Part shown: positions 7,338 to 17,156 of the stretch, piece by piece
Position numbering within the stretch: the stretch's first letter is position 1
Layout: every line of letters starts with the position of its first letter
Notes under the pieces: generated by a model
Told to the model about the DNA's origin: nothing
What the model saw: only the letters and a program-made list of their open reading frames with translations
The model's database searches: none
IMG/VR virus record: IMGVR_UViG_3300047505_000003
Coordinates: 1 to 40,831 of that record
DNA length: 40,831 nucleotides
Direction: 5' to 3' (one strand)
Source: a virus
Taxonomy: Duplodnaviria > Caudoviricetes
Program-made: the position numbers and the translations under genes

Positions 7338-9128
7338 ATGAACGAAGAAGATGTGAAAAAGTTAATACCTGACATAAAAGAGATTTACAGGGAGTTCCAG
7401 AATAATTGCGACAAAGAGGATACGTTCTACAATCTTGAGTTCGATATGGGGTCATACCCTGGGTATCCCCCTATACATCGTTGCTCCACAGGGCGACTGG
7501 CGGTGGATAACGCCTCGGCGCAGATTGACACATCTTCACTACAGGTCTACGTTCCGCCCCGTCAGGCTGGGCCGACACACCAAGAGAATGCTATTACACT
7601 AGAGAAGTTCTATAGGGGTTCGTGGAGGGCAGTGTTTGAGAATGATGCTATTTTACTTTTCAAGATGCTCAAGCACGCTAATTTATACGGTGTAGCATTC
7701 CCCAAGTTTGTCTACCACGTCAACAGGACGCAAAATGACGGTGAGGATAGTGAGGCATACACTGAGCAATTAAAGACATGGCGGGAGGAAAACAATCAGC
7801 GATTCCCGTTCAAAGTCATTATGTGCCATCCCAAGACCGTTATGCCAGACCCGTCGGATAACCCACAGTTTTTCATCGAGGTCAAGAAGATGAGGGTGCG
7901 GGACGTAAAGGCGATTTACCCAGATGTTAAACTAGACTACGGCGACAATAAGTTCTGCACATGGATAGAGTATTGGTCTCCGACACAGTACGCCTATTTC
8001 TACGGTGGGGAGAACGGTGATGTGACCGACACCATCAATGGACTACAGAAAAACTATTTCGGGTTCATACCATACGACACAGTGGATGCTGGGTTCGGGT
8101 ACAACGATGCGGATGCTTCCCCCGACAAGCGGTGGCGGGGGCTACTCAATCCTGTCCATGACGCTTTAGTAACTGAGTCAGAGGTGATGTTTGAATTTGA
8201 GGTGGGACTCAAGGCGAATATATTTCCTGAGAAAGTGTTTAAGGGAACAACTGAGGGGACAGGGAAGGCAGAAGTAGATGAAATAGCTAAGACTTGGGTA
8301 AAAGGGGTTGCTGCAAATAACGCCCTACCTTACAATGTGGACTTAAAAGATTCACAACCTGTACAATTCTCTAATGCAATCGGCACACTGGTAGGGGAAA
8401 AGAAAGAGGAGATTAACTCTATCATGCCCCGTGTGGCTATTGGTGAGTCACCAGAAGGGCCAGCGTCGGGGTATAAAGTGGCTATATTGGCAGGGATGGC
8501 CCGTATTCGGTGGGGGCCAGTCAAACTCTCACTACAAAGGGCAATGGCTGGGGTGAACCAGAAGTTTGCCCGTTGCGTGGAGACGTTCCCTGAGTTCGAA
8601 AATGGGATAAGTGTGTGGGGGCGTATCGGTACTGAGGCATTCGATGTGGAAGTCAAACCGAAGGATATTAAAGGGTACTATGTCAACGAGATCAGTCTGT
8701 CCAGTGTTGCACCTGAAGAAGAAAGTCGGCTGCTGCATGACGGTCTTGCGTGTCTACAACAGGATGCCATACCGTGGTTGACCTTCGCCACTAAGTTCGC
8801 CAAGATTGAAGACCCACAAGCTGCTTGGGATCAATTACTACGTGAAAAAGTTGAGAGGAGCCCAGAGGCTATCGCCATAGCCGTTAAGGAGATGATAGAG
8901 GCAAGAACTCCACAGTTACTAGGGCCAGACGGTAAGCCATTAAAACTTGCTCAAGTACCCAGTATGGGTGTGACCGCACCCGATTTAGGTAATCAAGGGA
9001 ATCAACCTATCCCATCACAATCAGGGCAGACCGAAACTCCTTATCGTCCTCCAATGGCAGGGTCTACAGAGGAACAGGCTTTGATACGTAAACAAATACA
9101 GGAAGGTCTTGTGGGGCAAAGACGATGA
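7338..9128 (+). CDS. Portal protein
   Basis: 596 aa directly after TerL. Contains NYFGFIPY, IEYWS and SGYKVAIL-type motifs seen in podoviral/P22-like portals. Confidence 0.8.
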   Translation: MNEEDVKKLIPDIKEIYREFQNNCDKEDTFYNLEFDMGSYPGYPPIHRCSTGRLAVDNASAQIDTSSLQVYVPPRQAGPTHQENAITLEKFYRGSWRAVFENDAILLFKMLKHANLYGVAFPKFVYHVNRTQNDGEDSEAYTEQLKTWREENNQRFPFKVIMCHPKTVMPDPSDNPQFFIEVKKMRVRDVKAIYPDVKLDYGDNKFCTWIEYWSPTQYAYFYGGENGDVTDTINGLQKNYFGFIPYDTVDAGFGYNDADASPDKRWRGLLNPVHDALVTESEVMFEFEVGLKANIFPEKVFKGTTEGTGKAEVDEIAKTWVKGVAANNALPYNVDLKDSQPVQFSNAIGTLVGEKKEEINSIMPRVAIGESPEGPASGYKVAILAGMARIRWGPVKLSLQRAMAGVNQKFARCVETFPEFENGISVWGRIGTEAFDVEVKPKDIKGYYVNEISLSSVAPEEESRLLHDGLACLQQDAIPWLTFATKFAKIEDPQAAWDQLLREKVERSPEAIAIAVKEMIEARTPQLLGPDGKPLKLAQVPSMGVTAPDLGNQGNQPIPSQSGQTETPYRPPMAGSTEEQALIRKQIQEGLVGQRR

Positions 9129-9355
9129 AGAATCAAGATGATATGTTCACACGAGCCGCCAAGCAGGCAAATCTTACCTTAGATAGAGTAGGGGCAAAGA
9201 TTAGAGATTCCCTAGTTCCCCCTAAGTCTTCGTACCAAAAACGGAAGGAATACGACAACAAAACATTATCCGACTATCAAAATGAACTACTAAACGGTGC
9301 AAAAGCCGATGACTTAATCGGTGAGATAGTTCGGCATGAGAAGGGTAGGATATGA
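9125..9355 (+). CDS. Hypothetical protein
   Basis: 76 aa, coupled to both neighbours by overlapping start and stop codons. Confidence 0.75.
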   Translation: MKNQDDMFTRAAKQANLTLDRVGAKIRDSLVPPKSSYQKRKEYDNKTLSDYQNELLNGAKADDLIGEIVRHEKGRI

Positions 9356-10173
9356 TGACAGAATGGACACGAACCCCACAAGAATTACAGGTAACTCTAA
9401 CTAACCCTGATACTGGAGTGACAAGGGTAATGCCATTATCTGATGCAGTTAATCTGATGATGTCAAATATAGACCAATACTCAGCAGATGAATTGCAAGC
9501 CTTACGTAGACAGGTGCAGACATGGCTTAGAGGGCCATATATGGGAGTTACATTTAATGCCAGAAACATTTTAACCGAAGCCACTAAGGCGATAGATAAT
9601 AAGTTAAGTGGGGGTACAATTGTTAGTGGCGGTACACAAAGCCAAAAAGCATATGCGGATATGTCTTCAGAAGAACAGCTTGCTTATCTTGCCTCTCTAG
9701 GTGAGGGTGGTGGCGATATGACAGCGGCAGAACAGGCGCAGATTGATTATTACAACCGCCAGTTGGACGAGGAGATTAAGGCACGGGAAACACAGAACCG
9801 ACTTGATTATCAACAATGGGCGGCACAGACCATGCGTGACCCGCTTAACTGGATACAACAGAGCTTTATCACTCGTGGTCAACCTGTACCGACTTGGGCA
9901 CAAACCAATTGGAACTACGATATGCCGTCGTGGTTGACTGGGGGTGGTGAGACTACGGAGACCCCAATCCCTGTGCAAACTCCAGTTACTGAACCACCAA
10001 TAACTGACCCGAATGACCCAAGATACCAACAGGGAACAACCCAACCTTCTATTGTTTCATCTGTAACTCCTAATGTGTGGCAGAGGGGTAGTGCTAATTG
10101 GGTAGCACCTCCGCCCTACAAACAGACATTAAATCCACCTGCGGGATATACCCGTGGCTGGTTTAGGAAGTAA
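9352..10173 (+). CDS. Putative internal virion/ejection protein (Gln/Thr/Pro-rich)
   Basis: 273 aa with helical and low-complexity segments, in the structural operon; function inferred. Confidence 0.55.
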   Translation: MMTEWTRTPQELQVTLTNPDTGVTRVMPLSDAVNLMMSNIDQYSADELQALRRQVQTWLRGPYMGVTFNARNILTEATKAIDNKLSGGTIVSGGTQSQKAYADMSSEEQLAYLASLGEGGGDMTAAEQAQIDYYNRQLDEEIKARETQNRLDYQQWAAQTMRDPLNWIQQSFITRGQPVPTWAQTNWNYDMPSWLTGGGETTETPIPVQTPVTEPPITDPNDPRYQQGTTQPSIVSSVTPNVWQRGSANWVAPPPYKQTLNPPAGYTRGWFRK

Positions 10174-10777
10174 GGAGACATCGATGGCTGGATTTAAGTA
10201 TGACCCGACACAATCAAGTAGTCCGATATTTAATCAGACTGGTATAGGAGCGAATGGGATGCCGACAGGGTCATTAAGCAACCCTATGCAAACCTCTAAT
10301 TATACATCCCAGAATCCGTGGCTGAATCAGTACAACAATCAATACTGGAACTATGCCCCTATACAAGACGACAGGTCACTACAGGCGTTGGGGCAGGGGA
10401 GTAGTGGTATGTGGGAAGGCCCGTGGGGGCCAGTGTACGGCGGTCAAAACTCCAACCTTGCCAGTTACGGTATGTCTGGAACTACTGGAGATAACACAGG
10501 GACAGGGTGGAAGAATTTACCCGCTGGCATAAACTATGGGCAATTGCCGTGGTTTAATTACTTACAAGGGAACTCTGACCTACCGTACTGGCGCGGGCCG
10601 CAAGGTATGCCAGTTCCGTCAACGCAATCATGGAATCAATTAAGTCCATCAGAGCAAGGTATGTATCAAGGGATGCTTGAGACACAAGGGGTGTATATGC
10701 CTGATTTCCAGAATAAGATGCAACGGTTATCACCGTCTTGGTCAAATACCTTACCGCAGGTTAATTGGAGTAGATAG
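10154..10777 (+). CDS. Putative internal virion protein (Gly/Gln/Asn/Trp-rich)
   Basis: Low-complexity ORF; the true start is probably ATG 10184 after AAGGAG. C-terminal WNQLSPSEQGMYQG helix. Confidence 0.55.
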   Translation: MAGLGSKETSMAGFKYDPTQSSSPIFNQTGIGANGMPTGSLSNPMQTSNYTSQNPWLNQYNNQYWNYAPIQDDRSLQALGQGSSGMWEGPWGPVYGGQNSNLASYGMSGTTGDNTGTGWKNLPAGINYGQLPWFNYLQGNSDLPYWRGPQGMPVPSTQSWNQLSPSEQGMYQGMLETQGVYMPDFQNKMQRLSPSWSNTLPQVNWSR

Positions 10778-13700
10778 TGGCAGATAGATGGTTGCCATCA
10801 ACGGTAACTACTACTGAAAAGTTACTCCCTACTGGTGGTGTTCCCACTGTTAATAGGGAGAGTTACCTTGAAAGGTTGAATAGGCTTGTCCTTGAACCGA
10901 TTGAGCGTGGGATATACGGTGTGGCTCAGACTATCATCCCTGGCGAGCAACCTGGCGAGAAGATGGCTAAAGAGGCACGGGCACAAGGGGCAAACTGGTT
11001 CGAGTCGTGGAAACAGCCGTATGCTGGCACAAGCGGCTGGGTGAAGTTTGGGACTTCTATGCTCAATCCTGTCTATTACATCCCTGTTGGTGGGTGGGCT
11101 GCCAAAGGTGGTGCACTGGCTGGTGGGTTGGCTGAGAGGCTTGGGGCTGAGACATTGGGTAGGGGGATAGCGCAAGCTGCCACAGTACCACTAATGGCAG
11201 AGCGTGGGCTTATGGGGGTAGTAGGTGCTCCTATTAAACTGGTTGCCAAGAAGGGGATTTATCCAGTTCTTAAAACTATTGCCAAACCTGAACTCGAAAA
11301 GATGACCAAAGCCTTCGAGGTGGCGGGTTTTAAAGGGTACAAACCTATAAAGGACATTACTTTTAAAGGCGAAGGGATGGCACTGCCGTCAACCGCTGAA
11401 ATTGAAGCTAGTCTTTTAAAGCCCACAGTTGCGAAAGCGTTACAGAGACAAATTTCATCTATCCCTATCGCTGGCCCAATAGTCAAGAGAATAATTCAAA
11501 GAGCCAGCCGTAATGCGTATCTTGAAGTGGGTGCTGAGAGTAAGGTTATCGCCCAGAATATCAGAGCGTCATATGCTTCCCATTACTGGCCTGATGCCAT
11601 GAATAGACTTAATGCCCTCGGAGACCAATACAAGATATGGGGCACAAAGAACACCATGCAACTAGATGATGTGGTGGCAAAGAGTGTTAAGATAAAAGAG
11701 GGTCAAAGCCCATATATCGTTGACATACTAGAGCATTACACAGAGTACGACCTTAACCCTGTCCAAAGGTCATGGGCAGAAGGTTATGAAAAGATACAGA
11801 ACGAGTGGCGGCAGTTACTCAGGGATAACGGTATCAAGAAGTTAAACCAGTACGATGATGTACTCCATGTTTTTCGTCAGGGGATGGGGACAATAGACAA
11901 AGAGACTGGGGACATTATCGGGTGGCAACCAGCCAGTGCAGTTGGTGGTGGGCGTGTGGGCAGGACACAATCATTCTTAAAGCCCAGAACCTTCGAGACG
12001 CAAGCCGCAGGTGTAGAGAAGGGTATTGCCTACAACCCCGATATGATCCAGGGTTTACAGAATCAACTCAAGATGTACACCCGAATCCTGCGGGACGAGG
12101 GGTTAAAGACTGAAATGAAACCCTACCGCCTGCGGAGTTACGCATTTGAAAAGGGTGGAGTGAAGTACAACCCCGCCGAAGAAGGTCTTATTAGCCATCC
12201 TGCATTTCAGGGGCAGGTATTCTCTAAGGAAACAATCAACGCTTTCAAGCGGGGTATGGGACTACCAACTACTAAAGTTGGCGAAGCATCAATGGCTGTC
12301 CTTAACATCGGTGCAAGGGCAGCACGGCTATTCCGAACCTCAATAGCCACATTGGACTTATCTGGGCCGTTCATCCAGTGTATGCCAATAATGGGGACTG
12401 ACCCGTTCTTATGGGCAAAAGAAACAGCACGAAGTTATTACCTGTTCTTTAAACCCCAGAACATTGCCAAGATAATGGTCAAGCCTGAGATACAACAGAC
12501 AGCGAATCTATGGCGAAGATATGGGCTTTACGTAGGTGGTTCTGAGTACACGGCTGGACGTTCGGTGCTGGAGTCAGTATTTGAAAAGGGCGGTGGTCTG
12601 GCAGGGAAAGTCTCAGGGAAACCAGAATTGGCGAGGCATGGGGAACTATTCGGACGTGGTGTGGCAAGGCAGACCTACGGGCGGGCGGAAGTGCCATTTG
12701 GGGCGGCTGGTGACCTGATGCGTATTAAGTTAGCCAAAGCCCTTGAGCCGCTGTGCAAGAACGAGCAGGACTTCGTGGATGCGGCACGAATGCTCAACCG
12801 CATGACTGGTGTGGTATCGCCACTGGAGGCAGGGCTACCCAGAACACAGCAGTTGTTCGAGCAGATGACCCTGTTTGCCCCACGTTATCTTAGGGCATCA
12901 TTGTCGATTTACAATGAGATATTCAAAGGTGGGATAACTGGGGCAATGGCTAGGGACTCATTGGGACACCTAGCTGCTGGCGGGATGATAATGTACCTAC
13001 AGACTTGCAAAGCACTTGGTCAAGAGCCAAACCTAGACCCAACTAAAGGTAATTTTATGACCATCAATATAGGTGGGATGAACATGGGTATTGGTGGGGC
13101 AACAATATCCACATTGAAACTATTAGGTGGGATAATCTCTTACACATCGGAAGTGGCACAAGGGAAGGTTGCATTAGGGAAACAATCGGGTGAAAGCCTT
13201 GCCGACTACTTCACCCGTATGCGGCAACAAGACCCTGCATTGAAGTTTATTTATGGGAAGTCCTCACCACTGGTGTCCAATGCTGCCGAGTTATGGACAC
13301 AGAAAGATTATTTTGGTCAAGAGTTGGAATCCCCCGCCGATTGGATGCGGTTTATTGGGGATGCCACATTACCAATGGTTTTACAAAGCACCTATCAAAC
13401 CCCGTCCACTGGAAGGTTAGGTCAAGTTGCAGGTTTAGGGGCGCAGTTTGCGGGGCTACGTTCTTTCCCTGACTCACTGGCGGAACGGCGTAATAATCTA
13501 CGGGATGAGTTGGCACAATCAACGTATGGTGTTGATTGGAGTGGCCTTGATAAGTTGCAGATTAAACAACTGCGGCAGGACAACTCCAAACTCGTAGAAG
13601 CTGAGACTGATTCTAGGGAGAATTGGATACAAGGTGGTAGTGTGGCGGCTGAGACGCAAGGCAGATGGGGTGACGAGAGGGACAGGATAGACCTCAAGTA

Positions 13701-14412
13701 TCAGGACAGTCTACAAAAAGCAGAGGATGCCTACCTTGCAGGACGTGTGGACAATGACGGGTTTAAGGATATGGTGGACAATGCCTCTATGATACGGCGT
13801 GACGACTATGCCAGCCTTGAACAAAACTCTGATTATGCTACTATATACAGGAACTTTGATAAGATAGTACCCGAACATTTATTCGATGTGGCACTTGCCG
13901 ATTACGATACTATGGTCTGGGCGAACCCCGATGCCACAGACGAGTACGGTATCTACAATTACGATGTGGCAACCCAAGCCGAAGCCGATTGGCGGGCAAA
14001 ATGGCAGGGGATAACAGGCGATGATAGTATGTACGCCAAAGTGCAGGAGTACATCAAATTGGGGCAGGGGGACGAGCCAGAGAGTGTTAAGGAACTACGG
14101 AAGGCTAGGGCAATCCTTAAACCTTACTGGCAAGTGCGTGATTATATACTCTCGAACTGGCAGGTCAATGGTCAAACGGTAGACCTGACGGTATGGGATA
14201 ATTCTGAGGCGTTAGGTAAACTACGGAACACAGTCGGTGCGGAGGCATTAGTCAAGCGCATCGAGGATAGACTTGGTCTAACTGACGCTTTACAGGAGGT
14301 GACTAGAATCAGGCAAGCAATCAGAGACCCGAAACGGAAGGTGGGTGAGAGTGACCAGCAATATATGAATCGTATGCAGATAGCATATTACTATGAGAAG
14401 TTCTACGGATAG
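10777..14412 (+). CDS. Large (1211 aa) putative DNA-ejection/internal virion protein
   Basis: Large alpha-helical, Gly/Ala-rich protein with an LFAPRY...NLDPTKGNFMTINIG segment reminiscent of large phage internal proteins. Confidence 0.6.
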   Translation: MADRWLPSTVTTTEKLLPTGGVPTVNRESYLERLNRLVLEPIERGIYGVAQTIIPGEQPGEKMAKEARAQGANWFESWKQPYAGTSGWVKFGTSMLNPVYYIPVGGWAAKGGALAGGLAERLGAETLGRGIAQAATVPLMAERGLMGVVGAPIKLVAKKGIYPVLKTIAKPELEKMTKAFEVAGFKGYKPIKDITFKGEGMALPSTAEIEASLLKPTVAKALQRQISSIPIAGPIVKRIIQRASRNAYLEVGAESKVIAQNIRASYASHYWPDAMNRLNALGDQYKIWGTKNTMQLDDVVAKSVKIKEGQSPYIVDILEHYTEYDLNPVQRSWAEGYEKIQNEWRQLLRDNGIKKLNQYDDVLHVFRQGMGTIDKETGDIIGWQPASAVGGGRVGRTQSFLKPRTFETQAAGVEKGIAYNPDMIQGLQNQLKMYTRILRDEGLKTEMKPYRLRSYAFEKGGVKYNPAEEGLISHPAFQGQVFSKETINAFKRGMGLPTTKVGEASMAVLNIGARAARLFRTSIATLDLSGPFIQCMPIMGTDPFLWAKETARSYYLFFKPQNIAKIMVKPEIQQTANLWRRYGLYVGGSEYTAGRSVLESVFEKGGGLAGKVSGKPELARHGELFGRGVARQTYGRAEVPFGAAGDLMRIKLAKALEPLCKNEQDFVDAARMLNRMTGVVSPLEAGLPRTQQLFEQMTLFAPRYLRASLSIYNEIFKGGITGAMARDSLGHLAAGGMIMYLQTCKALGQEPNLDPTKGNFMTINIGGMNMGIGGATISTLKLLGGIISYTSEVAQGKVALGKQSGESLADYFTRMRQQDPALKFIYGKSSPLVSNAAELWTQKDYFGQELESPADWMRFIGDATLPMVLQSTYQTPSTGRLGQVAGLGAQFAGLRSFPDSLAERRNNLRDELAQSTYGVDWSGLDKLQIKQLRQDNSKLVEAETDSRENWIQGGSVAAETQGRWGDERDRIDLKYQDSLQKAEDAYLAGRVDNDGFKDMVDNASMIRRDDYASLEQNSDYATIYRNFDKIVPEHLFDVALADYDTMVWANPDATDEYGIYNYDVATQAEADWRAKWQGITGDDSMYAKVQEYIKLGQGDEPESVKELRKARAILKPYWQVRDYILSNWQVNGQTVDLTVWDNSEALGKLRNTVGAEALVKRIEDRLGLTDALQEVTRIRQAIRDPKRKVGESDQQYMNRMQIAYYYEKFYG

Positions 14413-14461
14413 ATATTCGTAGGTAGACAAGACAGGTACACTGTTTTGTACGGAGGATAAA

Positions 14462-15220
14462 ATGACTATGGAGAATGGGAGCAGTCAAGAGATTGCACCA
14501 CGAGCGGAGGTAGCTTCGCAAGAAACACCACAAGATGTAGTGGTCGCACCAGAGTCAGACACGGAGGCTTTGGCGAGATTAGGGGCAGCAGTCATAGCGA
14601 AAGCTGATGAGATTGCTACTGAGAAACTAGCACAGAAAGAAAAGGAACTTCAAAGCAAGTTCCAAAAAGTAGCTGACAGAAACTCATCTCGTTACCAAAA
14701 AGAACGTGATGTGGCACAAAAGGCAGCAGGGGAAAAGGAACGGTTCTTAATGGGTTTGGTTGGGAGGACGATGGATGAAGAGCAACAGGGCAAGATACGC
14801 CAGACTTTTCAACAGATAGACCAGAGTGTGATGCAACAGGTTTATCAACCGTCTCCCGAAGAGATAGCCCAGATACAGCAAGTGAACTATTTGGAAGCGG
14901 AACTGACAAAGGCTGGGGTACGATACAATGACCCCCGTCTGGTTAGAGACCCTAACAATCCAGACCTGTTCATAGATGCTGCAATGGCTATACTGGAGGA
15001 GAAGAAAACCCCCAAAGTAAAGGAGGAGACTGTGAAAGTTTCCGAAGTAAAGCCCGAACCCAAGCCTGTAGCTAAAGCACCAGCCCCCAGTCCTGCGGGC
15101 GGTGGTGCAAGTGGGAAACGTATATACACACAGGACGAAATAACAAACATGAAGCCCGAAGAAAGGCACAAGTTGATAGACGATATCTCTGCTGCCTATC
15201 GTGAGGGCAGAGTAAAATAA
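14462..15220 (+). CDS. Capsid scaffolding protein
   Basis: Coiled-coil body, Pro/Ala linker, C-terminal YTQDEITNMKPEE...DISAAYREGRVK; lies directly before the major capsid gene. Confidence 0.85.
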   Translation: MTMENGSSQEIAPRAEVASQETPQDVVVAPESDTEALARLGAAVIAKADEIATEKLAQKEKELQSKFQKVADRNSSRYQKERDVAQKAAGEKERFLMGLVGRTMDEEQQGKIRQTFQQIDQSVMQQVYQPSPEEIAQIQQVNYLEAELTKAGVRYNDPRLVRDPNNPDLFIDAAMAILEEKKTPKVKEETVKVSEVKPEPKPVAKAPAPSPAGGGASGKRIYTQDEITNMKPEERHKLIDDISAAYREGRVK

Positions 15221-15232
15221 TAGGAGGAAACT

Positions 15233-16078
15233 ATGGCAATTTCTGCGAGAATACCTGCTGGTGCGGATACTGCTGGATTTATTCCAGAGCAGTGGAGTAC
15301 ACAGGTTATAGACGTTATGCAGATGGACTTGGTGACTGCAAAGGTTGTGGACACTACATGGAAGAAAGACTTGAGGAAAGGCGATACCATCAACTGCCCT
15401 ATCCTCAATGAGCCATCGGCTGTTGAGGTAACGGTTGGCACGCCTGGTGTGGTACAGGACATCATGACGGGGACTGCACTGCAAATCGTGGTCAACCAGT
15501 GGTGGGAGTGCCCTGTAGTCATTGACGAGATGACCGACCTGCAAAGTCAGGTGAGTGTGCAGACTGATGGTGCTAAACTGGCAGCCTATGCTATCAACAA
15601 GAAGATTGATAGCACAGTAACTGCTCTGTTCTCGGCACTGGACAACGGCGGCGGGACTGACGGTGTGGCAATCACCGATCCTGTACTTATCGCAGCGGTG
15701 GAGAAGCTGGACGAGGCGGATGTACCGACTGAGGACAGGTCGTGGGTGTTTGACCCGTCGTGCCGTGCGGACATGTACGCAATAGACAAGTTTGTCCGCA
15801 ACGACTACGTAAAGGATGGGGTGATACCTACAGGGAAGATTGGGCAGGTTTATGGGTCTCCTGTCTATATCACCAACAACCTGACTGTAGGGACGACTGG
15901 CAATATAGGAGCATACCTTCACAAGAAGGCTATTGCTCTGGTAGTGCAAGCCAACCCCAAGTCCCTTATAGTAGCTGAACCTCTCAAGCACCAGAACACC
16001 ATCCTGACCCATGCTCTATGGGGTGTGAAGGAGATGAGGGGAACATTCGGTTATTACATCCTGACCCGCAAGAGTTAA
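15233..16078 (+). CDS. Major capsid protein (HK97 fold)
   Basis: FIPEQWS, KGDTINCP, LAAYAINKKID, LDEADVP..DR, GKIGQVYGSPVYITNN and LWGVKEMR motifs; strong RBS AGGAGG. Confidence 0.92.
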   Translation: MAISARIPAGADTAGFIPEQWSTQVIDVMQMDLVTAKVVDTTWKKDLRKGDTINCPILNEPSAVEVTVGTPGVVQDIMTGTALQIVVNQWWECPVVIDEMTDLQSQVSVQTDGAKLAAYAINKKIDSTVTALFSALDNGGGTDGVAITDPVLIAAVEKLDEADVPTEDRSWVFDPSCRADMYAIDKFVRNDYVKDGVIPTGKIGQVYGSPVYITNNLTVGTTGNIGAYLHKKAIALVVQANPKSLIVAEPLKHQNTILTHALWGVKEMRGTFGYYILTRKS

Positions 16079-16081
16079 GCG

Positions 16082-16282
16082 ATGCCTATCTACAGTATGA
16101 TGTGCCCAAACTGTAAGGACGAGAAAGACGTCTTCCAACAGACGGGGAAACCTATGCTCTGTAAGGAGTGCGGAATAGAGATGGTGAAGTTGCCCACCTA
16201 CCCAGCGATGGTAAAAGTCAAAGGGTCTGGCGGGTATCCTTCACGTAGAAAGATGGTGCAAGGCACAGCACCATATTCGTAG
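16082..16282 (+). CDS. FmdB-like Zn-ribbon protein
   Basis: MPIYSMMCPNC...CKECG. Confidence 0.8.
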   Translation: MPIYSMMCPNCKDEKDVFQQTGKPMLCKECGIEMVKLPTYPAMVKVKGSGGYPSRRKMVQGTAPYS

Positions 16283-16291
16283 GAGGAAACT

Positions 16292-16669
16292 ATGGGTGTA
16301 ACAAGAACTCACGGATTAAGTGAACTCCCAATCAGGGGGATTCACGTCAATACCGTTGCGGCAGCTACGGCAGCGTACACGCTTGTCCCCAGTGATTCGG
16401 GTGTGTTCTTTCTCAACCAGTACACCACGAACACTACCTATACACTGCCCGCAGTAGCGTCAGGTAAAGGCAAATGGTTCTGGTTTATGAACGCCAACAC
16501 CACTTCAACAATGGCGATTACAGCACCAGCCAATACCCTGTGCTGCAACGACAATGCCACAGCAACCACCAACACTTGTGCTGCGGACTGCGGTTCGTGG
16601 TGCATGGTGATAGGCGACGGGACGTATTGGTACTGCTTCGAAGGTAGTGGCACTTGGACTGCCACGTAA
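16292..16669 (+). CDS. Putative capsid decoration protein, paralog 1
   Basis: Beta-rich, with YTL..DSG and YTLPA motifs; RBS identical to that of the capsid gene (TAGGAGGAAACTATG). Confidence 0.65.
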   Translation: MGVTRTHGLSELPIRGIHVNTVAAATAAYTLVPSDSGVFFLNQYTTNTTYTLPAVASGKGKWFWFMNANTTSTMAITAPANTLCCNDNATATTNTCAADCGSWCMVIGDGTYWYCFEGSGTWTAT

Positions 16670-16681
16670 AGGGGGTGAGTC

Positions 16682-17065
16682 ATGGGAGTAACTAGAACAC
16701 ATGGCTTTGACATACCTTTTATACGTGGTATCCATAGAAATACTGATACGGCTGCCTATACCCTTACCGCCGCTGATTCAGGGATAGTGTTTATCAATGC
16801 TTACGACACAGGCGCATGTACTTACACTCTCCCTGCGTGTTCATTGGGAAAGGGTAAATGCTTCTGGTTCTACTCTGGAACGACAGGGGCTTCTTCCTCA
16901 ATAGTAATCACATCCCCAACAGCAAATACATTGGTTTGCAATGATGACGCTCTGGCTACCACAAACACACAGGCTGATTGTGCTGGCGAATGGGCTTTTG
17001 TGATTGGGGATGGTACTTACTGGTACTGCTTTGAGGGAAGCGGCTCTTGGGCTGAAGGTGGCTAA
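16682..17065 (+). CDS. Putative capsid decoration protein, paralog 2
   Basis: Shares MGVTRTHG, RGIH, GKGK.FWF, NTL.CND and VIGDGTYWYCFEGSG.W with 16292-16669. Confidence 0.65.
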   Translation: MGVTRTHGFDIPFIRGIHRNTDTAAYTLTAADSGIVFINAYDTGACTYTLPACSLGKGKCFWFYSGTTGASSSIVITSPTANTLVCNDDALATTNTQADCAGEWAFVIGDGTYWYCFEGSGSWAEGG

Positions 17066-17067
17066 TT

Positions 17068-17140
17068 GAATAAAAGGGTTTGCGGGTTGTCCCAGAAAAC
17101 AACCCGCAGGTTTCAGGAGTTGTACCTTATAAACTAGCTC
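17068..17140 (+). promoter_or_regulatory. Tandem H-type pseudoknot-like RNA elements
   Basis: First element: GGG/CCC plus TGCGGGTTGT/ACAACCCGCA. Second element: AGGT/ACCT plus GAGTTG/TAGCTC, ending just before the RBS. Confidence 0.55.
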
Positions 17141-17156
17141 AATAGGAGGTGACTAA

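Noticed and set aside
14747-16012. 421-aa minus-strand ORF
   Set aside because: It is the antisense shadow of the scaffold and major capsid genes, with no RBS context or recognisable motifs.
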